Origin: an uncultured Solirubrobacterales bacterium
GTDB taxonomy: Bacteria > Actinomycetota > Thermoleophilia > Solirubrobacterales > Solirubrobacteraceae
NCBI GenBank assembly: GCA_963714635.1
Contig: CAVQPM010000005.1
Coordinates: 200,852-264,851 of the forward strand
Length of the DNA: 64,000 bases
Direction: 5' to 3'
Part shown: piece after piece, positions 8,110 through 16,689 of the stretch
Layout: the number at the start of each line of letters is the position of its first letter
Position numbering within the stretch: position 1 is the first letter of the stretch
Translations under genes and position numbers: made by a program
Notes under the pieces: generated by a model
Seen by the model: only the letters and a program-made list of their open reading frames with translations
Told to the model about the DNA's origin: nothing
The model's database searches: none

Positions 8110-9675
8110 TTATCTTTCTCGTGAGCTCGCGAGCGCGGCGGCGTCGGCGAGCAGCGCATCGATCAGGCCGTCGATGTCATGGCGTTGCGCCTCGACGTGC
8201 GGCTCCAAGCCGTGCTCGCGCAGGGTGGCGCTCGTCACGGGGCCGATCGAGACGATGCGCGTGCTCGGCGACAGCAGCACCGAGCCCTGCCCCTCCGCGC
8301 CGGTCACCTGCAAGAAGTAGCGCACCGTCGAGGACGAGGTGAACGTGATGTAGTCGGCCTCACACGCGCCTTTGAGAGCGCTCTCGGACAGGGGCTCGGC
8401 AATCGTCTCGTACAGCGCCAGCACGTCCACCTCCACGCCGCGCGCGCGCAGCGCGTCGGGAAGCACGTCGCGGGCCTCGCTCGCGCGCGCGACGAGCGCG
8501 CGGCGGATCTCCACGTCCGCAAGCGCCTCGACGAGCGACTCCGCGACGAAACGCTCCGGCACGATGTCCGCCTCGATCCCGTGCGCGGCCAGCGCTCGAG
8601 CGGTGCCCGGGCCGATTACGGCCAGGCGCGCGCCCGCGAGAGCGCGCGCATCGAGCCCAGCGGCGGCCAGTCGCTCGAAGAGGGCGTCCACCCCGTTGGG
8701 GCTCGTCAGGCAGATCAGGTCATATGGAGCGGGATCGATTGGCGGCCCGGGCAGGGCGCGCGCACGGATGACCGGGGCCTGCACGACGGTGGCGCCCAGC
8801 TCCTCCAGCCGGCGCGCGAGCGCGCTCGCCTGGGAGCGTGCGCGCGTGACGGCCACGACGCGACCAGCCAGCGGAAGCGCCTCCAGCCAATCGAGGCGGT
8901 CCGCCAGCTCGGCGACCGCTCCGACGACGGTGATCGCGGGCGCCTCAATCTGCTCGCGGCGCGCGACCTCGGCGATCGTCGCGAGTGTGCCCCTAACCGT
9001 GCGCTGGTCCTGGAACGTGCCGCGCTGCACGACCGCGACGGGCTGCGAGGCGGCCCGTCCGGCGCCGATCAGCGACTCGGCGATCCGCTCCAGCTGGCGC
9101 ACGCCCATATAGAACACGAGTGTGCCCGGGAAGGCGGCGAGCGCGGGCCAGTCCAGGCCGAACTCCTCCTTGGTCGGGGCCTTACCCGCCTGCGCCCCGT
9201 CGTGGGGTGTGCCCATGTGGGTACGGCCGGTGACGAACGCCACGGCCGTCGCGAGACCCCGGTGCGTGACGGGGATGCCGGCGTACGCTGGCGCAGCCAC
9301 GCCGGCGGTCACGCCGGGCACGACCTCGAACGGGATGCCGGCCTCGCGCAGCGCCAGCGCCTCCTCGCCGCCGCGGCCGAACACGAACGGGTCGCCGCCC
9401 TTCAGCCGTACAACCTCGCGGCCCGCCAGAGCGCGCTCGACCATCAGCGCCTGCGTCTGCTCCTGGGGCACCGAGTGGCCGCCGCCCTGCTTGCCGGCGA
9501 ACAGCAGCTCCGCGTTCTCTCTCGCGCCGTCGAGCGCGCCAAGCGGGATCAGGCGGTCATACAGGATCGTGTCGGCCCGCGCGATCAGCTCGAGCGCGCG
9601 CACGGTCAGCAAACCAGGGTCGCCCGGGCCGGCCCCCACGAGATACACACGGCCGGGCGCGGGAGCGTCGCTCAT
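8110..9675 (-). CDS. cobA-hemD: bifunctional uroporphyrinogen-III C-methyltransferase / uroporphyrinogen-III synthase
   Basis: N-terminal SUMT signature VYLVGAGPGDPGLLTVRA...ADTILYDRL. The C-terminal half is HemD-like. Overlaps hemC by 4 nt. Confidence 0.9.
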   Translation of the reverse strand: MSDAPAPGRVYLVGAGPGDPGLLTVRALELIARADTILYDRLIPLGALDGARENAELLFAGKQGGGHSVPQEQTQALMVERALAGREVVRLKGGDPFVFGRGGEEALALREAGIPFEVVPGVTAGVAAPAYAGIPVTHRGLATAVAFVTGRTHMGTPHDGAQAGKAPTKEEFGLDWPALAAFPGTLVFYMGVRQLERIAESLIGAGRAASQPVAVVQRGTFQDQRTVRGTLATIAEVARREQIEAPAITVVGAVAELADRLDWLEALPLAGRVVAVTRARSQASALARRLEELGATVVQAPVIRARALPGPPIDPAPYDLICLTSPNGVDALFERLAAAGLDARALAGARLAVIGPGTARALAAHGIEADIVPERFVAESLVEALADVEIRRALVARASEARDVLPDALRARGVEVDVLALYETIAEPLSESALKGACEADYITFTSSSTVRYFLQVTGAEGQGSVLLSPSTRIVSIGPVTSATLREHGLEPHVEAQRHDIDGLIDALLADAAALASSRER

Positions 9676-10628
9676 GGCTCATCCTCCCCGTCTGCTCGAC
9701 GCCGGCCGGATACGATCGCGGCGGAACGGTCCTCTGCGCTCCCGGCGGCGAGCATCTCCGCGGCGCCCACCGCCAGCAGACGCTCGGCGACCTCGCGACC
9801 CAGCGCCTCGGGCTCCTCGCCGGAGCGCTCGTCGGCGATCCACGCAGAGCCGTCGGCCAGGCCGATCCAGGCGCGCAGATCGATGCGGCCGCCTGCGACG
9901 CGGGCGTGCGCGCCGAGCGCGGTGTGGCAGTCGGCGCCGAGCGCGCGCACGAGCGCGCGCTCGGCCGCCAGGGCGGTTTCGGTGTCGCGGTCGCGCAATG
10001 GCGCCACGGCTGCCGCCACCGGCTCCTCGCCGGCGCGGGCCTGCAGCGCGAGCGTCCCCTGTCCCGCCGCAGGTACCAACTCGTCCAGCGCCGCACCCGT
10101 GTCGCGGCCGAGCCTCTGAAGGCCGGCGCGCGCGAGCACGATCGCGTCGAAAACCCCTTCGGCGAGCCGCCGCAGGCGCGTGTCGACGTTGCCGCGCAGC
10201 TCCACGATCTCCAAATCCTCGCGCAGCGCCCTCAACTGCGCCGTGCGCCGCAGGCTGCTCGTGCCCACGCGCGCGCTCGGCGGCAGCGCCGCGAGCGAGC
10301 CCGCGCCGCAGAGCGCGTCGCGCGCGTCGGCCCGCGCCGGGGAGGCGATCAGCTCGAGGCCGTCGGCGGTCTCGGCGGGGACGTCCTTGGCGGAGTGCAC
10401 GGCCAGGTCGATCGTGCCGTCGAGCAGCGCCCGCTCGATCGCGTCCACCCAGCGGGCCTTCTCGCCGGAGCTCTCGCCCCGGTCCCCGCTGGTGCTCACC
10501 ACGACGATCTCCGGCTCGGCGACTTCTCTGCCGCCCTGTCTGTCGCCGGCCCCGCCCTGCACGATCATCCCGGCGACGAGCCGTGCCTGGGCGAGCGCGA
10601 GCGCGCTGCCGCGCGTCCCGATCCGCAT
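9672..10628 (-). CDS. hemC: hydroxymethylbilane synthase (porphobilinogen deaminase)
   Basis: MRIGTRGSALALAQA N-terminus, GNVDTRLRRL, 318 aa. Confidence 0.93.
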   Translation of the reverse strand: MRIGTRGSALALAQARLVAGMIVQGGAGDRQGGREVAEPEIVVVSTSGDRGESSGEKARWVDAIERALLDGTIDLAVHSAKDVPAETADGLELIASPARADARDALCGAGSLAALPPSARVGTSSLRRTAQLRALREDLEIVELRGNVDTRLRRLAEGVFDAIVLARAGLQRLGRDTGAALDELVPAAGQGTLALQARAGEEPVAAAVAPLRDRDTETALAAERALVRALGADCHTALGAHARVAGGRIDLRAWIGLADGSAWIADERSGEEPEALGREVAERLLAVGAAEMLAAGSAEDRSAAIVSGRRRADGEDEP

Positions 10629-10656
10629 CTGCTCAGCGCCTCCTAGAGGGCCCTAG

Positions 10657-10772
10657 ATGCCCGATTTCGTTTTCACGGATTCAGTGGTCGTATGCAGTGA
10701 AATGGCGTCCGGTCCGGGAGTGTCGATCTGGCCCGCTTAACCAGAGCAGTCAATTGTGCCAGACGCCTGCGT
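10657..10772 (-). mobile_element. solo terminal fragment of an IS982-family element related to the intact copy at 17938-18960
   Basis: By eye about three-quarters nucleotide identity to the 17938-18055 end of the intact IS. This includes CTAGATG..GATT..CGTT at the tip, TCAGTGGTCGTA, TCGATCTGGCC and TTGTGCCAGA.GCCTGCG. The encoded transposase C-terminus is degenerate, with an internal stop. Confidence 0.65.
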
Positions 10773-10923
10773 GTCCGTGGTTTTCACGCGGCCCAGCCAG
10801 TAGATCCCACCGTTGGACGCGGCACGCACCCCGCATAGGGTCCCCGTTATGAAGGGATCGTCGCAGTTGCCGCCTCAGCTCGGACCCGCCGCGCGGTCGG
10901 CCCGCGAAGAGCGGGATGAGCGG

Positions 10924-11982
10924 ATGGAGATGCACGACTTCGACGAGGCGCCGTTCACGATTGCCTGGGAGGTGACGCGCGCGTGCGCCTACGCGTGCGC
11001 GCACTGCCGCGCCGACGCGCAGCCCAAGCGCGACCCGCGCGAGCTCGACGCCGAGGAGGGGATGCGCCTGATCGACATGCTCGCCGGCTTCGGCACGCGC
11101 CCGATCCTCGTGCTGACGGGCGGCGATCCGCTGATGCGCCGCGATCTGTTCGAGCTCGCGCGCTACGCCGACGAAAGCGGACTGCGGGTGTCGCTGACGC
11201 CGACCGCCACGGCGCTGCCGACGCGCGAGCGGATGCGCGAAGCCCGCGAGGCGGGCATCCGCAGAGTGGCGTTCAGTTTGGACGCCGCCGACCCGGAGGT
11301 GCACGACCGCTTCCGGGGCTTCAACGGCTCGTTCGAACGCACGTTCAAAGGCATCGAGAACGCGCTCGCCGAGGGTCTGTCGATCCAGGTCAACACGACG
11401 ATGTGTGCGCACAACGCCGACCAGTTCGAGAAGCTCGTGCCGCTGCTCGAAGAGATCGAGGTCGTGCAGTGGTCGGTCTTCTTCCTCGTCCCCGTCGGTC
11501 GCGGCGCGCAGTTGGAGATGCTCACCGCCGAGGAGCACGAGAAGGTGCTCGGCCGGCTGTTTGAGCTGACCGGGCAGGTCGGCTTCGACATCAAGGCGAC
11601 CGCGTCGCCGCACTACCGGCGGATTGTGCGTCAGCACTCCGGCCCCACGGCGGGCGCGGGCTTCCACTTCGCCGACGGCCTGGACCGTCCGGAGCACGCG
11701 AAGGGCGTGAACGACGGCCGCGGCTTCATGTTCGTCTCCCACATCGGCGAGGTCATGCCCTCCGGCTTCCTGCCGATCTCGGCGGGCAACGTGCGTGAGC
11801 AGGACCCCGTCACGATCTACCGCGACTCGCCCCTCTTCCGCGAGCTGCGCGACCCCGAAGCGCTCAAGGGCAAGTGCGCCCGCTGCGAGTTCCGCGAGAT
11901 CTGCGGCGGCAGCCGCGCGCGCGCCTACGCGGTCACCGGCGACCACCTCGCCTCCGACCCGAGCTGCGTCTATCAGCCGTAA
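10924..11982 (+). CDS. radical SAM/SPASM-domain protein, AhbD/NirJ-like
   Basis: CX3CX2C cluster in IAWEVTRACAYACAHCRADA. C-terminal Cys-rich SPASM-like CARCEFREICGGSRARAY...DPSC. Embedded among heme genes. Start uncertain (10813, 10849 or 10924). Confidence 0.8.
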   Translation: MEMHDFDEAPFTIAWEVTRACAYACAHCRADAQPKRDPRELDAEEGMRLIDMLAGFGTRPILVLTGGDPLMRRDLFELARYADESGLRVSLTPTATALPTRERMREAREAGIRRVAFSLDAADPEVHDRFRGFNGSFERTFKGIENALAEGLSIQVNTTMCAHNADQFEKLVPLLEEIEVVQWSVFFLVPVGRGAQLEMLTAEEHEKVLGRLFELTGQVGFDIKATASPHYRRIVRQHSGPTAGAGFHFADGLDRPEHAKGVNDGRGFMFVSHIGEVMPSGFLPISAGNVREQDPVTIYRDSPLFRELRDPEALKGKCARCEFREICGGSRARAYAVTGDHLASDPSCVYQP

Positions 11983-12953
11983 GGGCGCACCCGGCTCGCC
12001 GCCGTAGTCCAAGTCAGCGACGCGAGCGTCACCAGCGCCAGCCACGTCGCCGAGGCGAAGGAGGAGTGCACAACCTCGGTCGCGGTGGTGTCGGTGACGC
12101 CGATGATGAGGAAGCCGAGAACCGCTTGGGCGACGAACATGATGCACACAGCGATCGCCGTCCACATGATCGGCGGCGAGTCCGCGCGATCCCGGTAGCT
12201 GCGCGCGAGCACCCACAGCGCGAGCACGAGCAGCGCCCCGGCCCAAACGCGGTGGATCAGGGCGATCGCAACGAGGTGGTTGAAGGTCGGCAGCAGCGAG
12301 CCGTTGCAGAGCGGGAACCCGTGGCCGCAGACGGTGTTGGAGCCCGCGTTGGCCTGCGTCGAGCCCGCCAGGAGCAGGCCGAAGGTGAGCGCGACGAACC
12401 ATGCGGTGAGCCGCGAGAACGAGTCGCGCGGCGGCCGCTCGGAGTCCGGGAAGGCGAGTCGCACGGCCACGAGCGCGATCGACCACACCAACAGCGCCGC
12501 CGCGCCGAAGTGGGCGACCACGGTCCAGGCGACGTTGCTGAGCAGCACCGTCACGCCGCCCAGCACGACCTGGAGCGCGAGCATCGCGAGCATCCAGGCC
12601 GCCGGCCGAGTCAGCCGCCGCTCGCGGCGGTAGTCGCGGAACACCATCAGCGCGAGGCCGACCACCGCGACGACGAGGATCGTCGCCAGCCACCGATGGG
12701 CCTCCTCGATCAGGGCGTGGTTGCCCCCCGCGACGAGTTTGCCGTGGCACGCGGGCCAATCGGGGCAGCCGAGCCCCGATTCGGAGGCACGCACAAATGC
12801 GCCGAGCGTCATCATCGCCCACCCGACCAGCGCGGTCCCCGCCGCCCATATCGCGAGGCGCCGTCTCGTCACAGCGGCGAGCAGTCCACCGCCCCGATGA
12901 GCAGCCGCGGCGGCGGCATCGCTCGCGGCGGCCTGTGCGAGATCGTCCGTCAT
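11973..12953 (-). CDS. ctaA: heme A synthase (COX15/CtaA family)
   Basis: Polytopic membrane protein with GLGCPDWPACHG and a second Cys pair (CGHGFPLCNG). Confidence 0.88.
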   Translation of the reverse strand: MTDDLAQAAASDAAAAAAHRGGGLLAAVTRRRLAIWAAGTALVGWAMMTLGAFVRASESGLGCPDWPACHGKLVAGGNHALIEEAHRWLATILVVAVVGLALMVFRDYRRERRLTRPAAWMLAMLALQVVLGGVTVLLSNVAWTVVAHFGAAALLVWSIALVAVRLAFPDSERPPRDSFSRLTAWFVALTFGLLLAGSTQANAGSNTVCGHGFPLCNGSLLPTFNHLVAIALIHRVWAGALLVLALWVLARSYRDRADSPPIMWTAIAVCIMFVAQAVLGFLIIGVTDTTATEVVHSSFASATWLALVTLASLTWTTAASRVRPYG

Positions 12954-12963
12954 CGCCGCCGGA

Positions 12964-14421
12964 TCAGCACGGGGCCGCCTGCCGCTCTACGTCTTCGGGT
13001 GAGCGGCTCAGCGCGACGAGCACGCCGTCGGCCGCGGCCTGGCCGTCGCGTATGCAGGCCGCCACGCCGACGCCTCGGTACGCGGCGCCGCAGAGGCTCA
13101 CCCCCGGAAGCCCGACCAGCGCCGCGTCAATGCGCGCGATGCGCTCCAGATGGCCCACCGTGTACTGCGGCAGCGCTCGCTCGAAGCGGAACACCTTCGC
13201 CTCCAGCGGCGCCGCGTGGATGCCCATGGCCTGCGCGAGATCCGCGCGCGCCGAGCCGATCAACTGCTCGTCGTCGAGGTCGAGCGCAGCGCCGTCGCCG
13301 GCGTGGCCGGCGGAGCACTTCAACAGCGCCGTGTCGCCCGCGAGGTGCGACCACTTCGCCGAAGACCACGTGCAGGCGGTGATCGTGTGCCCGCGGTTGC
13401 GCTGCACGAGAAAGCCGCTCCCGGCCGGCCGGCTGTCGAACGCCTCGATCGGATAGGAGAGCGCGATCGTCGCCACCGACGCGTAGGAGATCCCTTCGAG
13501 CTGCTCTGCCGCCGCCGGGCAGGCTTCGGCGAGGATGGCCGCCGCGGCGAAGGCCGGCACGGCCAGGATCACGTGGTCGGCGTCGAGACTCTCGCCGTCG
13601 GCCAGTGTGAGGCGCGCGCCGCCGTCGGGCAGCGGGGAGAGGCCCTGCGGCGCAGTCCGCGTCCGGCACTCGACGCGCGCCTGCCGCTCGCGCAGCGTCC
13701 GCACCAGCCCCCCGAGGCCGCCGCTGAGCGTCAGGAATGTCGGCCCCATCGGAGCCCGCGGCGATACCTCCGAGAGCGCGCGCAGTCCGCGCAAGAGGCT
13801 CCGCCGCTTGCGCAGCGCGGCCTCGAGCTGGGGAGCGGCCGCGCGCACGCTGAGCTCGTCGCAGTTGCCCGCGTGGATACCGCCGAGCAACGGGTCGATC
13901 AGCCGCTCGAGCACCTCATCGCCCAGCCGGCCGCGCACGAGCGCTCCGATCGAGACGTCGCGCTTCGGCCGGCGGGCGGGCACGATCAGGTCCAGGCCGG
14001 CGCGGGCGAGGCCCACCGGCGAGAGGATGCCGGAGCCGATCAGCGCCCGCGAGCCGTCGGGCACGCCGGACATCAGCCGCGGCGGCAGCGCGTGCAGACG
14101 GTCGGTCCACACGTACGGCTGGTCCTCGGCGGGCGCCACGAGATCGTGCTCGAGCCCGAGCTCGTGACAGAGCTCGAGCACCCCGGGCACGCGCGCGAGC
14201 AGCGCCTCGGCCCCGACGTCGAGCGGACGTCCGGCGAACTCCTCGGTGCGAATGTTGCCACCGATGCGCTCGCTCGCCTCCAGCAGCACGATCCGCGGCC
14301 CCGCGGAGCTCGCGCCGCCGGTTGCGCGGTGCATGCCGTCCAGACGGTCGGCGGCGGCGAGGCCGGCGATCCCGCCCCCGACGATCGCGACCAACGGCCG
14401 CTCGCTCATCGCCGCGAGCAC
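12964..14421 (-). CDS. hemY: protoporphyrinogen/coproporphyrinogen III oxidase (HemY/CgoX, FAD-dependent)
   Basis: FAD-binding VAIVGGGIAGLAAA, 485 aa, sits between hemH and ctaA. Confidence 0.88.
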   Translation of the reverse strand: MLAAMSERPLVAIVGGGIAGLAAADRLDGMHRATGGASSAGPRIVLLEASERIGGNIRTEEFAGRPLDVGAEALLARVPGVLELCHELGLEHDLVAPAEDQPYVWTDRLHALPPRLMSGVPDGSRALIGSGILSPVGLARAGLDLIVPARRPKRDVSIGALVRGRLGDEVLERLIDPLLGGIHAGNCDELSVRAAAPQLEAALRKRRSLLRGLRALSEVSPRAPMGPTFLTLSGGLGGLVRTLRERQARVECRTRTAPQGLSPLPDGGARLTLADGESLDADHVILAVPAFAAAAILAEACPAAAEQLEGISYASVATIALSYPIEAFDSRPAGSGFLVQRNRGHTITACTWSSAKWSHLAGDTALLKCSAGHAGDGAALDLDDEQLIGSARADLAQAMGIHAAPLEAKVFRFERALPQYTVGHLERIARIDAALVGLPGVSLCGAAYRGVGVAACIRDGQAAADGVLVALSRSPEDVERQAAPC

Positions 14422-14428
14422 GTCCGGC

Positions 14429-15367
14429 TCATGCCGTGACCTGCTCCCGAGCCAGCCTGTCGAGGACGACGCCCGCGAGCGCGTCCAACAGGCGCGTGTC
14501 GGTGTTCGGTGAGGCGGTTCGGGCGAAGGCGATTCCCAGCTCCCGCGCGCGCTCGACCGCTTCGACGTCGAGGTCGTAGAGGATCTCGAGGTGGTCGGCG
14601 ACGAAGCCCGCGGGGCACACCACGACGGCGCTCGCGCCGGAGGCGGCCAGATCGTTCATCGCTTCCAGGACGTCGGGGCCGATCCACGGCTCCGACGTGC
14701 GCCCCGCGCTCTGCCACGCCACCGACCAGCGCTCAAGGCCGGTGCATGAGGCCACCGCGGCGGCGGTCTCGCGCAGCTGCGCTGGGTAGGGATCGTCCTC
14801 GGCGAGGATCCGCTTGGGGAGGCTGTGGGCGGTGAAGAGGACGTGCACCCGCTCCTTGGCCTCCGGGGGCAGCGTTCGCAGCGCGTCCTCCAGCGCCGTG
14901 GAGAGGAAGTCCAGATAGCCGGGCGCGAGGTGCCACGAGGGCACGACCGAGACTGCGGGCCGCCCGGCCGCGGCACCCGCCGCGGCCTGCGCCCGCTCGG
15001 TGTACTCGCCGACGCTCATCCGCGAATAGTGCGGCGCGAGCACCAGCCCGACGATCCGCCGAGCGCCGCCGGTCGCCAGTTCGGCGACGGTGTCCTCGAT
15101 GAAGGGGCTCGCGTGCTTCATCCCCAGCGCGGCCCGGATGTCGGGGCGGCCCGCTTCGGTGAGCGCCCGTTCGATCCCTGCCACCTGCGCGCGCGTCAGC
15201 TCCAGCAGCGGCGAGCGGCCGCCGATCGCCTCATAGCGCCCGCGCAGCTCGGCGAGCAGCTCGGGGGTGGGGGGCCGCCCGCGGCGGATGTGGGTGTAGT
15301 AGGCCTCAAGCTGGTCGGGTCCCTCGGGGGTCCCGTAGGCCATCACCAAGACGGCGGTCTCGCTCAT
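14429..15367 (-). CDS. hemH: ferrochelatase / coproporphyrin ferrochelatase
   Basis: AVLVMAYGTP N-terminus, LFTAHSLP, and the FVADHLEILYDLD motif. Confidence 0.9.
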   Translation of the reverse strand: MSETAVLVMAYGTPEGPDQLEAYYTHIRRGRPPTPELLAELRGRYEAIGGRSPLLELTRAQVAGIERALTEAGRPDIRAALGMKHASPFIEDTVAELATGGARRIVGLVLAPHYSRMSVGEYTERAQAAAGAAAGRPAVSVVPSWHLAPGYLDFLSTALEDALRTLPPEAKERVHVLFTAHSLPKRILAEDDPYPAQLRETAAAVASCTGLERWSVAWQSAGRTSEPWIGPDVLEAMNDLAASGASAVVVCPAGFVADHLEILYDLDVEAVERARELGIAFARTASPNTDTRLLDALAGVVLDRLAREQVTA

Positions 15368-15486
15368 CGGTCTGCCTCTCTCGGGGGTTGATGCTGCTTG
15401 TAGCCCCGCCTCGCCGGCCGGTCAAACTCGCCCATCGTTCCACGTTGCTCACCGTCCCGCCTCGCCGGCCGGTCAAACTCGTTCAT
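15364..15486 (-). CDS. candidate 40-codon ORF with an internal duplication, overlapped ATGA-style with both hemE and hemH
   Basis: MNEFDRPARRDGEQRGTMGEFDRPARRGYKQHQPPREADR. Its ATG overlaps the hemE TGA (15483-15486) and its TGA overlaps the hemH ATG (15364-15367). A 26-bp perfect direct repeat lies at 15405-15430 and 15456-15481. Confidence 0.3.
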   Translation of the reverse strand: MNEFDRPARRDGEQRGTMGEFDRPARRGYKQHQPPREADR

Positions 15487-16550
15487 CGCTCTGCCTCTCG
15501 CGGAGCCGCGCGGTGGGCATGGACGAGCTCCACGATGTGCGTCAGCACGCCCGGGTCGGTCTCGGGCGCGACGCCGTGGCCGAGGTTGAAGACATAGCCG
15601 CGCTCGGGCGCCCCGGCGAGCACTGCGGCGACCTCGGCCTCCAACACCGGGAGCGGCGTGAGCGGGGCGACCGGATCGAGGTTGCCCTGCAGCGCGGTCC
15701 CGGCGGGCAGACGCTCCAAGCCTTCCTGGAGCGGTATGCGCCAGTCGAGGCCCACGGCGTCCGGGCCGGCGGAGCCGATCGGCTCGAGCAGGTGGCCGGT
15801 ACCGAGGCCGAAGTAGATGCGCGGCACCCCCAGGGCGGCGAGCCCGTCGAACAGACGTCGCACGACCGGCAGCACGTGCGCCTCGTAGTGGCGTGCCGAG
15901 AGCGACCCGATCCAGCTGTCGAACACCTGCACCGCCTGCGCTCCAGCCTGGACCTGCGCGGCGAGCGAGGCCAGCGCGACGTCGGCGAGGTACTCGAGCA
16001 GTGCGCGCCAGGTGGGGGGATCGGTGAGCATCAGGGCCTTCGCGCGGGCCTGCGTCTTGGACGGGCCGCCCTCGACCAGGTAGCTGGCGAGTGTGAAGGG
16101 CCCGCCGGCGAAGCCGATCAGCGGCACGCTCAGTTCCGCGCACGTCAGGCGCACGGCCTCCGCCAGCCACGGCGCGTCGGCGGCCGGCTCAAACGGGCGC
16201 AGTCGCCTCAGATCGCGGGCGGTGCGCACCGGCGTGGCGATCACGGGACCGACGCCGGGACGGATGTCGACGCCTATGCCGATCGCCTCCAGCGGCGTCA
16301 CGATGTCCGAGAAGAGGATCGCGGCGTCGACGCCGTGGCGGCGCACCGGCTGCAGCGTGACCTCGGCGGTGAGCTCCGGCGAGTGCGTGATCTCCAGCAG
16401 CGTGGCGCGCTCGCGGACGGCGCGATACTCCGGCAGCGAGCGCCCCGCCTGGCGCATGAACCAGACGGGGATGCGCTCCACCGGCTCTCCACGCAGGGCG
16501 CGGAGCAGCGGCGCGTCATTCAAGCGTCCGGGGTCCTCGCCCACGGCCAT
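15483..16550 (-). CDS. hemE: uroporphyrinogen decarboxylase
   Basis: NDAPLLRALRGEPVERIPVWFMRQAGRSLPEY matches the HemE N-terminal signature. Start trimmed to ATG 16550. Confidence 0.92.
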   Translation of the reverse strand: MAVGEDPGRLNDAPLLRALRGEPVERIPVWFMRQAGRSLPEYRAVRERATLLEITHSPELTAEVTLQPVRRHGVDAAILFSDIVTPLEAIGIGVDIRPGVGPVIATPVRTARDLRRLRPFEPAADAPWLAEAVRLTCAELSVPLIGFAGGPFTLASYLVEGGPSKTQARAKALMLTDPPTWRALLEYLADVALASLAAQVQAGAQAVQVFDSWIGSLSARHYEAHVLPVVRRLFDGLAALGVPRIYFGLGTGHLLEPIGSAGPDAVGLDWRIPLQEGLERLPAGTALQGNLDPVAPLTPLPVLEAEVAAVLAGAPERGYVFNLGHGVAPETDPGVLTHIVELVHAHRAAPREAER

Positions 16551-16638
16551 CGTCGCAAGCGTCTCGCTCGGCACGTCGTTGACCCTAAAAGCACACGCGA
16601 ATCTCCGCAAGCGGAAAAGCCGCGCACAAGACCGTAAT

Positions 16639-16663
16639 CACTACGGAGCAACTCTCCGTAGTG
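16639..16663. promoter_or_regulatory. perfect 10-bp inverted repeat in the hemE / MFS divergent intergenic region
   Basis: CACTACGGAG-caact-CTCCGTAGTG. It lies 27 nt upstream of the MFS GTG and 89 nt upstream of the hemE ATG. Confidence 0.35.
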
Positions 16664-16689
16664 CTCATCGACAACTACTGTATCCATTC

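Noticed and set aside
8179-10119. Very long ORFs antisense to annotated genes. Examples: 8179-10119, 10750-12849, 30436-32082, 43029-44723, 45072-46718, 52619-54577, 59718-61560, and the upstream two-thirds of 49969-52158.
   Set aside because: Their translations are Arg/Ala/Pro/Gly-rich low-complexity strings without recognisable motifs. They lie opposite ORFs with clear family signatures. Stop-poor shadow frames like these are expected in GC-rich DNA.
15405-15481. A 26-bp perfect direct repeat, considered as a possible mini-CRISPR or other array.
   Set aside because: There are only two copies, no cas genes, and the spacing and frame are explained by a 51-bp tandem duplication inside the hemE-hemH spacer ORF.
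16093-16689. N-terminal extensions of ORF-track ORFs. Examples: 16093 for the MFS gene, 26716 for resB, 26729 for ccdA, 31785 for the HTH-GluTR gene, 42231 for the ABC ATPase, 22103 for the NHL gene, 4348 for the helicase.
   Set aside because: The extensions overlap the preceding, clearly coding gene in another frame and have non-protein-like composition. Internal starts with RBS-like purine tracts or ATGA/GTGA coupling give family-typical N-termini.
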